From Solirubrobacterales bacterium (GTDB taxonomy: Bacteria; Actinomycetota; Thermoleophilia; Solirubrobacterales; 70-9), in NCBI GenBank assembly GCA_035502775.1, contig DATJUB010000043.1, positions 747 through 64,746 of the forward strand: a stretch of 64,000 nt of DNA, read 5' to 3'. The notes beneath the pieces were generated by a model that was given only the letters and a program-made list of their open reading frames with translations, searched no databases and was not told the origin of the DNA. The stretch's first letter is position 1, and each line of letters opens with the position of its first letter. The position numbers and the translations under genes are program-made. Positions 1-9,777 of this stretch are shown piece by piece.

Positions 1-330
1 CCCACCTCACTCGAGACCAAGGACATCGTCGAGGGTGAAGGACCGGCCGCCAAGGACGGCGACACGCTCACCATGCAGTACGTCGGCGTGGTCACCGAGA
101 CCGGCAAGGAGTTCGACGCGTCCTGGACCAGCGGTCAGCCCTTCGAGTTCGAGCTCGGTGCGGGCGGCGTGATCAAGGGCTGGGATGAAGGCATCAAGGG
201 CATGAAGGTCGGCGGTCGGCGCGAGCTGATCATCCCGCCGGACCTCGCCTACGGTGCCGCGGGAAGCCCGCCGGACATCCCGGCGAACGCCACCCTCACC
301 TTTGTGGTCGACCTAACCGACATCAAGTAG
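1..330 (+). CDS. FKBP-type peptidyl-prolyl cis-trans isomerase (5' end outside window)
   Basis: Frame 1 is open from the window edge (PTSLETKDIVEGEGPAAKDGDTLTMQYVGV...). The segment GVIKGWDEGIKGMKVGGRRELIIPPDLAYG is the FKBP C-domain signature. The listed ORF 73..330 is only the first in-frame ATG. Confidence 0.85.
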   Translation, partial: PTSLETKDIVEGEGPAAKDGDTLTMQYVGVVTETGKEFDASWTSGQPFEFELGAGGVIKGWDEGIKGMKVGGRRELIIPPDLAYGAAGSPPDIPANATLTFVVDLTDIK

Positions 331-346
331 GACCAGTCCAACCGGA

Positions 347-396
347 GTTCTGTCGCACGCCAGTCCATGACCGGCGGGGATTCAGTGCGACAGAAC
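347..396. terminator. Inverted repeat between convergent genes (possible bidirectional terminator)
   Basis: Perfect 12-nt arms GTTCTGTCGCAC (347-358) and GTGCGACAGAAC (385-396) lie between stop codons at 330 (+) and 435 (-). The 26-nt loop and lack of a clean U-tract make it weak as an intrinsic terminator. Confidence 0.3.
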
Positions 397-434
397 CCCC
401 CGTTCGCTCCGGCCGTCCCGCCGCTGGACTTGGG

Positions 435-2231
435 TTAGAAACGTTCTTTTCGGATCGTGGCCTTTCGGCCCTTGATCCGGCTTGAACGCATCGCCTTGAT
501 CACGTCGTCGGCGGCGCCGGTCGGCACCTCGACCAGTGAGAAGTTCTCCTTGATCTCGATCGTGCCGATCTGACGGCCGCTGAGGCCACCCTCGTTGGCG
601 ATCGCGCCGACCAGATCGCGGGGCGCGACGCTGGCGCTCTTGCCGACGCTGAAGAACAGCCGGGTGTGATCGCCCGCCGGCTTGTTCGCCCTCGGGTTCT
701 TGCCCTTGTATCCGCCGGGCCGGGAAGAACCGTTCTGGCGTGAACCGTTGCCGTTGGAGTATCCGCCCTTGCCCTTGGCCCCCACCGGCGGGATCTCCCG
801 CTCGTCGATCTCGAGACCCGAGTTCTCGTGGGCCAGCTTGGCCGCGGCCGCGGCGATCTCGATCGGATCGAAGCGATTCGGGTCCTCCCCGCCCTCCTTC
901 TGGGCGAGCGATCGGACCAGCTCGAGGTACGGAGCCATCGCCTTGATTCCGGCCGGGGTGTCGGAACCCTTGACGATCGTCTCGTAGACGGTGGTCCGCG
1001 TCGCCTCGAGGCGCTTGGCCTTCAGTTCGGCCACGCTCGGCAGTTCCCTGATCTCGATCTGGCGCTTGGTCAGACGCTGGATCGCCTTGATGTTCCGCTG
1101 TTCGCGCGGCTCGGCGATCGTGATCGCGATGCCTTCCCGGCCGGCCCGGCCGACCCGGCCGATGCGGTGGACGTACTGCTCCGGGGAGGTCGGCAGTCCG
1201 TAGTTGAAGGCATGGGTCAGATGATCGACATCCAGGCCGCGGGCCGCGACGTCGGTCGCAACCAGGATCGACGTCGAACCGGCCCGGAGCCGTCCCATCG
1301 CCCGGTCTCGCTGCTCCTGGGTCATGCCGCCATGCAGCGCGTCGGCCCGATGGCCGCGCCGGCCCAGCGTCTCGGTCAGCGAATCGACCTCATGGCGTGT
1401 CCGGCAGAAGACGATCGCCGACTTCGGCTGCTCCAGCTCCAGGACCCGGCCGAGCGCCGCCTGCTTGTGTGGACGGTTGACCAGATGCGCGGTCTCGCGG
1501 ACCCTCGGGGCCTCACCCTCCTCGACCTTCTCGCGCTTGATCCGGATGCGCACCGGATCGTTGAGATGGCGCTTCGCCATCGACTCGATCCGCGGCGGCA
1601 TCGTCGCCGAGAAAAGCATCGTCTGACGCTCTTCGGGAATCGCCGCCATGATCTCCTCGAGCTCGTCGGCGAAGCCCATGTCGAGCATCTCGTCGGCCTC
1701 GTCGAGCACCAGCACCTTCAGCCTGCTGACCTTCATCGAGCCGCGGCGAATGTGATCGAGCGCCCGGCCGGGGGTGGCGACCACCACATCCACTCCGCGC
1801 TTCAGCGGCCCCAGCTGCTTGCCGATCGGCTGACCGCCGAAGACCGCGAGGATGCGGGCGCCGATACCGAGGGAATAACCCTGGGTCGACTTGTGAACCT
1901 GGATCGCGAGCTCTCGGGTCGGGACGAGGATCAGCGCGGTCGGCTGGTCACCGCCGCCATCGCGGGCTATCCGCTCGAGCACCGGCAGCGCGAACGCCGC
2001 GGTCTTTCCGGTGCCGGTCGCCGCCTGTCCGAGCAGATCGCGTCCGCCGATCGACGGCGGGATCGCCTCCCGCTGGATCGGGGTCGGCTCGGAGTATCCG
2101 AGTCCGATCACGGTTTTCAGCAGCGAATCGGAAAGGCCGAGACCTTCGAACCCGACGGGAGCGGCGCCCTCGACGGGTTCCTCCACGGGGGCGGCGGGAG
2201 GTTTCAGGGCAGCGGAAAAAGCAGGGGTCAT
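435..2231 (-). CDS. DEAD-box ATP-dependent RNA helicase (DeaD/CsdA-like, with C-terminal Gly/Arg-rich tract and DbpA-type RNA-binding tail)
   Basis: Motifs seen: PTPIQ, AATGTGKTAAF, VLDEADEMLDMGF, SAT (LFSATMPP), VATDVAARGLD, HRIGRVGRAG. I take the start at ATG 2231 (MTPAFSAAL...). The 248 codons upstream in the 846-aa ORF are Arg/Gly/Pro-rich shadow sequence overlapping the divergent gene. Confidence 0.9.
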   Translation of the reverse strand: MTPAFSAALKPPAAPVEEPVEGAAPVGFEGLGLSDSLLKTVIGLGYSEPTPIQREAIPPSIGGRDLLGQAATGTGKTAAFALPVLERIARDGGGDQPTALILVPTRELAIQVHKSTQGYSLGIGARILAVFGGQPIGKQLGPLKRGVDVVVATPGRALDHIRRGSMKVSRLKVLVLDEADEMLDMGFADELEEIMAAIPEERQTMLFSATMPPRIESMAKRHLNDPVRIRIKREKVEEGEAPRVRETAHLVNRPHKQAALGRVLELEQPKSAIVFCRTRHEVDSLTETLGRRGHRADALHGGMTQEQRDRAMGRLRAGSTSILVATDVAARGLDVDHLTHAFNYGLPTSPEQYVHRIGRVGRAGREGIAITIAEPREQRNIKAIQRLTKRQIEIRELPSVAELKAKRLEATRTTVYETIVKGSDTPAGIKAMAPYLELVRSLAQKEGGEDPNRFDPIEIAAAAAKLAHENSGLEIDEREIPPVGAKGKGGYSNGNGSRQNGSSRPGGYKGKNPRANKPAGDHTRLFFSVGKSASVAPRDLVGAIANEGGLSGRQIGTIEIKENFSLVEVPTGAADDVIKAMRSSRIKGRKATIRKERF

Positions 2232-2378
2232 GGGAAGGCCTAACGAGAAGAGGGGTACAAAAAAGGCGCACCTGGTGCGCCGAGGGGTCTGACAAGGTAA
2301 CAGCTGGAACACTCGGATTCCAGTAGGGGTGCGCTTCGGGTAGCGTGATCCTGCGAGAGGAAACAACGAGAGGCGAGC

Positions 2379-3602
2379 ATGGAGAATGACTTGAAGATCG
2401 TGATCGTCGGCGCCGGCCTGACCGCGGCCAAGGCCACCGAGGAGCTTCTGGACCAGGACTTCGGCGGCGAGATCGTGCCGCTCGGTGACGAGGACGTTCG
2501 CCCCTACGAGCGCCCCCCGCTTTCGAAGGAGTTCCTGCGCGGCGAGTCGGATCCGCCCTTCGTCCACGACGAAGCGTTCTACGAACGGGAACGGATCGAA
2601 CTCAGGACGGGCGTCGCGGTCAGCTCGATCGATCCCGCCGGCTCGACCGTCTCGCTCGACGGAGGAGAGACGATCGGGTTCGACCGTCTGCTGATCGCTA
2701 CCGGGGCCGAGCCGCGCCATCTCGACCTGCCGGGGAGTGCGCTGGAAGGGATCGTCACCCTGCGCACCCTCGAAGACTCGAAGGCTCTGGGGGCGCGACT
2801 CGGCGACGGCCTGAAGGTGGCGGTGATCGGCGCGGGATGGATCGGCTCCGAGGTGGCCGCCTCGGCCCGGCAGAAGGGATGTGAGGTGACCATGATCGCT
2901 CCCGAGACCGTTCCCCTGGAAAGGGTGCTGGGCGAGGAGCTGGGCGCCTTCTATCGCGATGTGCACACCGATCACGGTGTCCGGTTCCTGGGTGAGACCG
3001 CGACCACCGGGTTCAACGGATCCGAGCGGGTGGAATCAGTATCGACCGACAGGCACGGCGACGTGCCGGCCGATCTCGTCGTGGTCGGCGTCGGGGTCAG
3101 CCCCAGGGCCGGGCTGGCCGAGGCGGCCGGAATAGCCACCGAGAACGGGATCCTGGTCGACGCTTCGCTCGAGACCGACCTCCCCGGGATTTTCGCAGCG
3201 GGCGACGTGGCCAACGCCTGGAATCCGTTTTACGAGCGGCGGATCCGGGTGGAGCATTGGGCCAACGCCCGCCGCCAGGGCGCCGCGGCCGCGCGTTCGA
3301 TGCTGGGACAGAAGGTCGAGTTCGACGAGATCCCCTACTTCTACTCCGACCAGTACGACGTCGGAATGGAGTACGTCGGCTTCGCGGCCGAGTGGGACGA
3401 GATCGTCTACCGGGGCGACGTCGCCGCCCGCGAGTTCATCGCGTTCTGGCTGAAGGACGGACGGATCGCCGCCGGCATGAACGTGAACGTGTGGGATGTC
3501 AGTGAGACGATTCGCGACCTGATCAGAGCCCGGGCCGAGATCGACCCGGTGCGGCTCGCCGACCCGGAGACCGATCTCGCCTCCATGGTGCCGGACGGAT
3601 GA
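2379..3602 (+). CDS. FAD-dependent pyridine nucleotide-disulfide oxidoreductase (ferredoxin/rubredoxin reductase-like)
   Basis: Two Rossmann motifs are present (IVIVGAGLTAAKA and VAVIGAGWIGSEVA), plus AAGDVA and a C-terminal reductase dimerisation-like region. Confidence 0.8.
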   Translation: MENDLKIVIVGAGLTAAKATEELLDQDFGGEIVPLGDEDVRPYERPPLSKEFLRGESDPPFVHDEAFYERERIELRTGVAVSSIDPAGSTVSLDGGETIGFDRLLIATGAEPRHLDLPGSALEGIVTLRTLEDSKALGARLGDGLKVAVIGAGWIGSEVAASARQKGCEVTMIAPETVPLERVLGEELGAFYRDVHTDHGVRFLGETATTGFNGSERVESVSTDRHGDVPADLVVVGVGVSPRAGLAEAAGIATENGILVDASLETDLPGIFAAGDVANAWNPFYERRIRVEHWANARRQGAAAARSMLGQKVEFDEIPYFYSDQYDVGMEYVGFAAEWDEIVYRGDVAAREFIAFWLKDGRIAAGMNVNVWDVSETIRDLIRARAEIDPVRLADPETDLASMVPDG

Positions 3603-3612
3603 GGGCATCCGG

Positions 3613-5067
3613 TTGAACGCGATCATGGTCCAGGGCACATCGAGCTGGGCCGGGAAGAGCCTGATCACGACCGCGCTGTGCCGTCACTTCTCGCGGCGGG
3701 GCCTGCGGGTGGCACCGTTCAAGGCGCAGAACATGTCGAACAACGCCCGGGTGGTCGCCGGCGGTGAGATCGGCACGGCCCAGTACCTGCAGGCGATCGC
3801 GGCACGGGCGACGCCCGACGTCCGCATGAACCCGGTGCTGATCAAGCCCGAGGGTGACACCCGCAGCCAGGTCGTGATCAACGGAACCCCCGACCCGGAC
3901 GTGGCCGCGATTCCGTGGCGGGACCGTTCCCCCCGGCTCTGGCCGACGATGGAATCGAGCCTGCGTTCCCTGATGAGGGAATACGACATCGTCATCCTCG
4001 AAGGTGCCGGCAGCCCGGCCGAGATCAACCTCTCGGACTGTGACATGACCAACCTCCGGGCAGCCGAGGCCGCCGACGCGGCGGTGCTGATGGTCACCGA
4101 CATCAACCGGGGTGGCGCCTTCGCCCACCTCTACGGCACCTGGGGCCTGATGACGCCGGAGGACCGCGCCCGGATCTCGGGCTTCATCCTCAACCGCTTC
4201 CGGGGCGATCCCGGCCTGCTCTCACCCGCACCGGAACGTCTCACCGAACTGACCGGCGTGCCCTTCGTCGGACTGGTGCCATGGCTGCGGCATGAACTGC
4301 CGGACGAGGACGGCGTCGCCACACCGCGGCCGGATCCGGACTCGGCCCGGCCGGTGGTCCGGGTCGTCCACTACCCGACGGCCTCCAACCTCGATGAGCT
4401 GAAACCGCTCGAACGGGTGGCGGACCTGCGCTTCATCCGGGATCCGGCCGACCTGGCCGACGCCGACCTGATCCTGCTGCCCGGTTCGAAGCATGTCGCG
4501 GAGGACCTCGGCTGGCTGAGGGACGCCGGGTTCGAGGACCGGCTGAGACGAGCGGCCGCGGCCGGCACGCGGATCCTCGGGATCTGCGGTGGACTGCAGA
4601 TGCTGGGAGAGCGGATCAGCGATCCCGCCGGCGTCGACGGAACCGCCGCCGGTCTCGGCCTGCTGCCGGTCCGAACCGAGTTCCGGAGCGACAAGCTGAC
4701 CGAACGGGCGGCCGTCTCGTTCGTCGCCGAGATGCCCGGACCGTGGTCGGCGCTGGCCGGCCTCGAGTGGACCGGCTACGAGATCCGGCACGGCCGCACG
4801 GCGTCCCCCGACGGATCGGCGGCGGTCCTCCACGACCGCCGGGGCTGGGCCGCGGGATCCGTGCTCGGCATCACCCTCCACGGCATCTTCGAAGATCCCG
4901 AGATCGTCCGCACGATGTTCGCCGGCGAAACCGCCTTCTCGCTCGATCGTGTGATCGACGACCTGACCGACCGGGTCATGGCCTCACTGGACATCGAAGC
5001 GATCGACCGGATCGCCGGACTCACCGCCGCCGCGGCCGGAGTTCAGACGGCCGCCGACTCCGGATAG
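3613..5067 (+). CDS. cobQ: Cobyric acid synthase CobQ/CbiP
   Basis: The N-terminus has a CobQ-type ATP-binding region (MVQGTSSWAGKSLITTALCR, FKAQNMSNNA). The C-terminus has a GATase1-like region (LGICGGLQMLG). The start is TTG 3613 or ATG 3625. Confidence 0.85.
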   Translation: MNAIMVQGTSSWAGKSLITTALCRHFSRRGLRVAPFKAQNMSNNARVVAGGEIGTAQYLQAIAARATPDVRMNPVLIKPEGDTRSQVVINGTPDPDVAAIPWRDRSPRLWPTMESSLRSLMREYDIVILEGAGSPAEINLSDCDMTNLRAAEAADAAVLMVTDINRGGAFAHLYGTWGLMTPEDRARISGFILNRFRGDPGLLSPAPERLTELTGVPFVGLVPWLRHELPDEDGVATPRPDPDSARPVVRVVHYPTASNLDELKPLERVADLRFIRDPADLADADLILLPGSKHVAEDLGWLRDAGFEDRLRRAAAAGTRILGICGGLQMLGERISDPAGVDGTAAGLGLLPVRTEFRSDKLTERAAVSFVAEMPGPWSALAGLEWTGYEIRHGRTASPDGSAAVLHDRRGWAAGSVLGITLHGIFEDPEIVRTMFAGETAFSLDRVIDDLTDRVMASLDIEAIDRIAGLTAAAAGVQTAADSG

Positions 5068-5423
5068 ACGATCTGCTGCACGGCCCAGCCGTTGCCGTCG
5101 GGGTCCGCGAAGAACACGAACCGACCCCACGGGAAATCCTGAACCTCACCGGCTTCGACCCCGGCCTCCAGCAGGTGGCTCCTGGCGGCGTCGGCGTCCT
5201 CGACCACCATCTGGATTCCCCGCACCGAACCGGGCTCGGCCTCGGTGATTCCCTTGCCGATCGCGATCGAGCAGGCTGAACCGGGAGGTGTCAGCTGAAC
5301 GAACCGGACCTCCTCACTCACCGTGAAATCGTGATCCGGATTGAATCCGATCCTCTCGTAGAACTCCTTGGCGCGATCGATGTCGGTCACGGGGACCGCG
5401 ATCAGCTCGATTTTCCAGTCCAT
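5043..5423 (-). CDS. VOC/glyoxalase-bleomycin resistance family protein
   Basis: A 126-aa protein with a typical VOC start (IELIAVPVTDIDRAKEFYERIGF) and end (FADPDGNGW). It overlaps the cobQ 3' end convergently by 25 nt. Confidence 0.75.
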   Translation of the reverse strand: MDWKIELIAVPVTDIDRAKEFYERIGFNPDHDFTVSEEVRFVQLTPPGSACSIAIGKGITEAEPGSVRGIQMVVEDADAARSHLLEAGVEAGEVQDFPWGRFVFFADPDGNGWAVQQIVYPESAAV

Positions 5424-7555
5424 GTTTCCTTTCCATTCATCTGGCCGGGTCCATCCCGCAGGATGTCCTCGACGGGTCCGGGACGGCCGATGTGGAACCC
5501 CTGGGCGTAGTCCACACCCGCCTCGATCAATGCCTCCAATGTCGCCTCGTCCTCCACGTACTCGGCGATCGTCTTCTTCTTCAGGGCCTTGGCCAGGGTC
5601 ACGATCACCTCGATGATGCAGTCGTCGGTGTGGCTTCGCGGGGGAGCCACGAATTCACCGTCGATCTTCAGGTACTCGGCCGGGATCCGCTTCAGATAGG
5701 CGAACGAGCCGAAACCTGTGCCGAAATCGTCGAGCGCGAACGAACTGCCGAAGCGATGCAGCGCGATCGCGAACTTCTGGGCGCGTTCGATGTTGACGAT
5801 CGCCGAGGTCTCGGTGACTTCGATCATCAGCCGGCCGGGATCGAAAGTGCCCTGTTCGAGCCGGGTGCGCAGCAGCTCCAGCAGCTGGTCGTCGTCGAGG
5901 GACTGTGCCGATACGTTGACGGCCAGGCTCAGATCCGTCTCTTCCAGCAGATCGAGCGCGGATCCGACCACCCAGCGATCGATCTCGTGGATCAGGCCGT
6001 GCCTCTCGGCGATCCCGAGGAACGCGCCGGGCGCCGTGATCCCCCGGTCGTCCCTCATCCGCAGCAGCACCTCGTGCTTCGCGACCCGCCGGGTGCTCAG
6101 GTCGATGATCGGCTGCAGGTAGAGCACGAATCCGTCATCGGTCAATGCCCTGCGGATGCGCTCCTCCCAGTCGAGCCGGGACTCGTAGGCGGTCGGCCGA
6201 TCATGGCTGGTGGCCGAGACGTAGCGGTCGCGGCCGCCGTCCTTGGCTTCGTAGAGCGCCCGGTCGGCGTCGGCCAGCAGGGCGGCCGAGTCCTCCGCCC
6301 CCAGGTTGGTGAAACACGCGACACCGATACTGGTCGTGATCGAGATCGGACTTCCCTCGATCAGCCCCGTCTGGCCGCGCAGCAGCTTCAGGATCTGGTT
6401 GGCGACCTCGACCGCACCGTCACCGCTGACCCCGGGAAGCAGGACGCCGAACTCGTCTCCGCCCAGACGGGCGACGACACCGCCCTCGCCGACGTGATCG
6501 GTCAGCAGGCGCCCGACGTTGGTCAGCAGTTCGTCGCTGCCCAGGTATCCGAAGGCATCGTTCACATACTTGAAGTTGTCGAGGTCCAGGACCAGAACCG
6601 CGCCCATCGAAGGCCCGCCGTTTCCTGTGCCGAGCAGGCGCTCCAGTTCCTCCTGGAAACGGCGGCGGTTGATCAGGCCGGTGAGCGTGTCGTGGTCCGC
6701 GTACTCCCTGAGCTGTCGCTCCGCCTCTTTCGCCTCGGTGATGTCGCGCGCGATTATCGACATGCCGATCAGCTCGCCGGACGCGTCCAGGACCGGAGAG
6801 CAGCCGACGGCGAGCCGCAGCGAGGTCCCGTCGCGGTGGTAGCGCAGCGCGTCGTAGAAGAGGTTCTCGCGGGATCCGGACTTGATCAGCTCGAGCACCG
6901 CCAGGTTCTCCCCGGCCTGTTCCTCGGGAAGGACATCGCCGACGAACCTGCCGATCATGTCCTCGGCCCGGTAGCCGAGGAGCTTCTCGGCACCCGGACT
7001 CCAGCTGACGAACCGGCCCTCCAGGTCCTGCGAGATGATCGCGTCGGTCGAGGAACTGACCACGGCGGCCAGCTGCGACCGGGCCCTTTCGGCCTCGATC
7101 GTCTCGGTGACGTCGCCGCATACGCCGATCATCCGCAGCGGCCGGCCCTCGTCATCGGCGACGACACTGCCCTGGGTCGCCAGCAGGAACTCGGATCCAT
7201 CGCCCTTCAGGGCACGTTTGACGTCTTCCCAGGGATTCAGGGTCTCGAGCGTGCCGCTGATCCGGCGGACCGCCGACTCCCGGTCTTCGGGATGGATCCT
7301 GGAGATGTATCCCTCGTAGGAGGGTTCGACCGACCCGATATCCAGCCCGAACACCCGGAACATCTGGTCGGACCAGATGACATCGCCCGTGGCGATGTCC
7401 CATTCCCAGCTCCCGCGGCCCGAGATCCGCTCGGCCTCGCCGAGGCGATCCCTGGTGGCCCGCAGTTCGGTGACCGCGTATTCGAGCCCGGTGATGTCCG
7501 ATTCTTTCCCCGACATCATCCTCCTGTCTTGACCGTTCGCCCGCGAAACCACCAT
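5402..7555 (-). CDS. PAS-PAS-GGDEF-EAL signalling protein (diguanylate cyclase/phosphodiesterase)
   Basis: Two PAS-like segments are present. The GGDEF domain reads RLGGDEFGVLL. The EAL domain has EVLLR, NVS, EVTET, DDFGTGFGS, KIDGEF and QG. The start is uncertain (GTG 7555, or ATG 7519/7516 right next to an AGGAGG). The 3' end overlaps the VOC gene start by 22 nt. Confidence 0.85.
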   Translation of the reverse strand: MVVSRANGQDRRMMSGKESDITGLEYAVTELRATRDRLGEAERISGRGSWEWDIATGDVIWSDQMFRVFGLDIGSVEPSYEGYISRIHPEDRESAVRRISGTLETLNPWEDVKRALKGDGSEFLLATQGSVVADDEGRPLRMIGVCGDVTETIEAERARSQLAAVVSSSTDAIISQDLEGRFVSWSPGAEKLLGYRAEDMIGRFVGDVLPEEQAGENLAVLELIKSGSRENLFYDALRYHRDGTSLRLAVGCSPVLDASGELIGMSIIARDITEAKEAERQLREYADHDTLTGLINRRRFQEELERLLGTGNGGPSMGAVLVLDLDNFKYVNDAFGYLGSDELLTNVGRLLTDHVGEGGVVARLGGDEFGVLLPGVSGDGAVEVANQILKLLRGQTGLIEGSPISITTSIGVACFTNLGAEDSAALLADADRALYEAKDGGRDRYVSATSHDRPTAYESRLDWEERIRRALTDDGFVLYLQPIIDLSTRRVAKHEVLLRMRDDRGITAPGAFLGIAERHGLIHEIDRWVVGSALDLLEETDLSLAVNVSAQSLDDDQLLELLRTRLEQGTFDPGRLMIEVTETSAIVNIERAQKFAIALHRFGSSFALDDFGTGFGSFAYLKRIPAEYLKIDGEFVAPPRSHTDDCIIEVIVTLAKALKKKTIAEYVEDEATLEALIEAGVDYAQGFHIGRPGPVEDILRDGPGQMNGKETWTGKSS

Positions 7556-7668
7556 CGCCGACGGTGTTCGATAAGCCGAAGTTTCACCTTAGCTCGGATC
7601 ATCCGGAGTGGCAACAGCGTTCACCGTCCGGACACGGGAGTTGCGCGGCGAAGCAATATGGTTCCGCC

Positions 7669-8172
7669 ATGGACGTGATCGACGAACTGCTCGCGAACAA
7701 CCGGAACTTCGCGGATTCCCTGCCCCATCAGCATCTCGACGTGCATCCCCAGCGGCAGCTGGCGGTCGTCACCTGCATGGATTCGCGGCTCGACGTGTTC
7801 CAGGCGCTCGGCCTCGAACATGGCGAGGCCCACATTCTGCGCAACGCCGGCGGCGTGATCACCGACGACGTGATCCGCTCGCTCGCCGTTTCCCAGCGCC
7901 GGCTCGGTACCCGCGAGATCATGCTGATCCACCACACCGACTGCGGCATGCAGAAGCTGACCGACGATGGTTTCCGGGCGGAGCTTCAGGACGCGACCGG
8001 GACCGCGCCCTCTTTTGCGATCGAGTCCTTCACCGATCTGGACTCGGATGTGCGCCAGTCGATCCTGAGGGTTCGCCGCTCGGCCTTCCTGCTCCACACC
8101 GATTCGGTACGGGGCTTCATCTACGACGTCGACGGCCACGAGCTGCGAGAGGTCACGGTCGAAGCGGACTGA
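7669..8172 (+). CDS. Beta-class carbonic anhydrase
   Basis: The zinc-ligand motifs CMDSR and HHTDCGM are present. The overall layout is MDVIDELLANNRNFA...VVTCMDSRLDV...ILRNAGG. I take the start at ATG 7669 rather than GTG 7564. Confidence 0.85.
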   Translation: MDVIDELLANNRNFADSLPHQHLDVHPQRQLAVVTCMDSRLDVFQALGLEHGEAHILRNAGGVITDDVIRSLAVSQRRLGTREIMLIHHTDCGMQKLTDDGFRAELQDATGTAPSFAIESFTDLDSDVRQSILRVRRSAFLLHTDSVRGFIYDVDGHELREVTVEAD

Positions 8173-8202
8173 CCGGTGACACGCTGGTCGTAGACTCGGC
8201 GG

Positions 8203-9747
8203 ATGGAACGAAAATGGCTGGCTCTGGTCGCGGTCTGCACCGGGGTCTTCATGCTTCTGATCGACGTCACGATCGTCAATGTCGCCCTTCCCGACATCGC
8301 GACCGATCTCGACGCGTCCTTCACCAACCTAGAGTGGGTCGTCAACGCGTACACCCTGACCCTCGCGGCTTCGCTGCTGGTGTCTGGATCGCTGGCAGAC
8401 ATGATCGGACGGCGCCTGGTCTTCGTCTGCGGCCTGGCGCTCTTCTCCCTGGCGTCGCTCGGCTGCGGGCTCTCCGAGTCGCCACTGATGCTCAACCTGA
8501 TGCGCGGGGTCCAGGGAATCGGCGGCGGCCTGATGTTCGCCACCTCGCTGGCGATCATCGCGCAGTCGTTCCAGGGCAGGGACCGGGGCATCGCCTTCGG
8601 CATCCTCGGAGCGGTGACCGGTGCCGCGGTCGCGATCGGTCCGCTGATCGGCGGCATCCTCACCAATGCCTTCGGCTGGGAGGCGATCTTCTTCGTCAAC
8701 CTCCCGATCGGCGCCTTCGCGATCGCGATGACGCTCGCCAACGTCAGGGAGTCGCGTGATCCCCATCCGGCCGGAATCGACTGGATCGGCGCCTTCCTTT
8801 TCAGTGCCGCCCTCTTCCTACTGGTCTTCGGCCTGGTCGACGGCAACAAGGAGGGCTGGGGCAGCCCCCAGATTCTCGGCTGCCTGATCGGCTCCGCGGT
8901 GATGCTGCTCGTCTTCGTCCTGGTGGAGCGCCGCAGGGAGAATCCATTGTTCGATCTCACCCTGCTGAGGAAGCCCGCATTCGTCGGCGCCTCACTGGTC
9001 GCCTTCACGATGTCGGCGTCGCTGTTCGCGCTCTTCCTCTTTCTGACCCTCTACCTCCAGGGCGGCGTGCTCGGCTACGGGCCGTTGGAGGCCGGTCTCA
9101 GGTTCCTGCCGATCACCGGCATGATGCTGCTGGTCGGGCCGATCGCCGGCCGCCTGACCACCAAGGTCCATGTGCGTTTCCTGCTCGGCGGCGGCCTGGC
9201 CCTGGTCTGCGTCGGCATCCTGCTCATGCACGGCATCGATCTCGGCGACGGATGGATGGCCCTCGTGGCCGGTTTCGTGGTCGCCGGAATCGGCAGCGGC
9301 CTGGTCAATCCACCGCTCGCCTCGACCGCGATCGGCGTGGTCGAACCTCGGCGGAGCGGCATGGCATCGGGCATCAACTCGACCTTCCGCCAGGTCGGGA
9401 TCGCCAGCGGCGTCGCCGGTCTCGGCGCGATCTTCCAGCACCGGGTCGGCGAGGAGATCGCCAAGGGGGTGGCCGGAACCCCGGCGGCGGCACATGCCGA
9501 CCAGCTGACCGCGGCCGCGACCGCCGGCCAGACCGGCGCCGCCCTCCACGCGATTCCGGGCATCGGACCGGCCCAGATCGAACAGCTCACGGCGATCTCC
9601 CGGGGAGCCTTCGTCAGTGGGCTCAACACCCTGTTCTACGTCACCGCCGCGATCGCCCTGATCGGCTCGATCGGTGCCCTGATCCTGGTCCGGCAGGGTG
9701 ATCTGGTTGTCGACCCGGAGGCACCCGCATCCGAGCGGTCGCCTTGA
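8203..9747 (+). CDS. MFS transporter, DHA2 (EmrB/QacA-like, about 14 TM)
   Basis: The protein has many hydrophobic segments. The MFS motif A (GSLADMIGRRLVF) and the 514-aa length are typical of 14-TM drug:H+ antiporters. Confidence 0.8.
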   Translation: MERKWLALVAVCTGVFMLLIDVTIVNVALPDIATDLDASFTNLEWVVNAYTLTLAASLLVSGSLADMIGRRLVFVCGLALFSLASLGCGLSESPLMLNLMRGVQGIGGGLMFATSLAIIAQSFQGRDRGIAFGILGAVTGAAVAIGPLIGGILTNAFGWEAIFFVNLPIGAFAIAMTLANVRESRDPHPAGIDWIGAFLFSAALFLLVFGLVDGNKEGWGSPQILGCLIGSAVMLLVFVLVERRRENPLFDLTLLRKPAFVGASLVAFTMSASLFALFLFLTLYLQGGVLGYGPLEAGLRFLPITGMMLLVGPIAGRLTTKVHVRFLLGGGLALVCVGILLMHGIDLGDGWMALVAGFVVAGIGSGLVNPPLASTAIGVVEPRRSGMASGINSTFRQVGIASGVAGLGAIFQHRVGEEIAKGVAGTPAAAHADQLTAAATAGQTGAALHAIPGIGPAQIEQLTAISRGAFVSGLNTLFYVTAAIALIGSIGALILVRQGDLVVDPEAPASERSP

Positions 9748-9777
9748 CCCGGTGCCGATGGGTCTAGGATCCGAGAC

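Noticed and set aside
2264-2280. A short hairpin, GGCGCAC-ctg-GTGCGCC, lies in the divergent region upstream of the DEAD-box helicase gene. This could be a cold-shock 5' UTR element.
   Set aside because: The stem is only 7 bp and the loop 3 nt, which is common by chance at this GC content. There is no second conserved element to support a cold-box-like structure.
2232-2975. The DEAD-box helicase ORF has an N-terminal 248-codon extension. Similar long 5' extensions occur at 29189..30145, 46899..47783, 46227..46976, 10765..11094, 11039..11317, 16790..17176 and 39269..39553.
   Set aside because: The extensions overlap neighbouring genes or promoters and have shadow-like composition. In each case the conserved protein family begins at an internal ATG with the canonical N-terminus (for example MPELPEVE or a signal peptide).
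3613-5067. cobQ appears here without any other cobalamin biosynthesis genes nearby.
   Set aside because: Scattered cob genes are common in high-GC actinobacteria. The protein looks full length, with both the ATP-binding and glutaminase regions, so nothing in the sequence marks it as unusual.
5402-7555. The EAL domain signature reads EVL instead of EAL, which could indicate a degenerate, inactive phosphodiesterase.
   Set aside because: The other catalytic and metal-binding positions I can read are intact (NVS, EVTET, DDFGTGFGS, KIDGEF, EYVED, QG). The GGDEF motif is also canonical, so nothing supports degeneracy.
5492-7678. A 728-aa ORF lies on the + strand, antisense to the PAS-GGDEF-EAL gene.
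   Set aside because: It is a typical high-GC shadow ORF. Its composition is Arg/Gly/Pro/Asp-rich with no motifs, and it fully overlaps a motif-rich gene on the other strand. The same reasoning applies to 828..2243, 22604..23635, 25749..27449, 30419..31636, 39367..40566 and 40443..41615.
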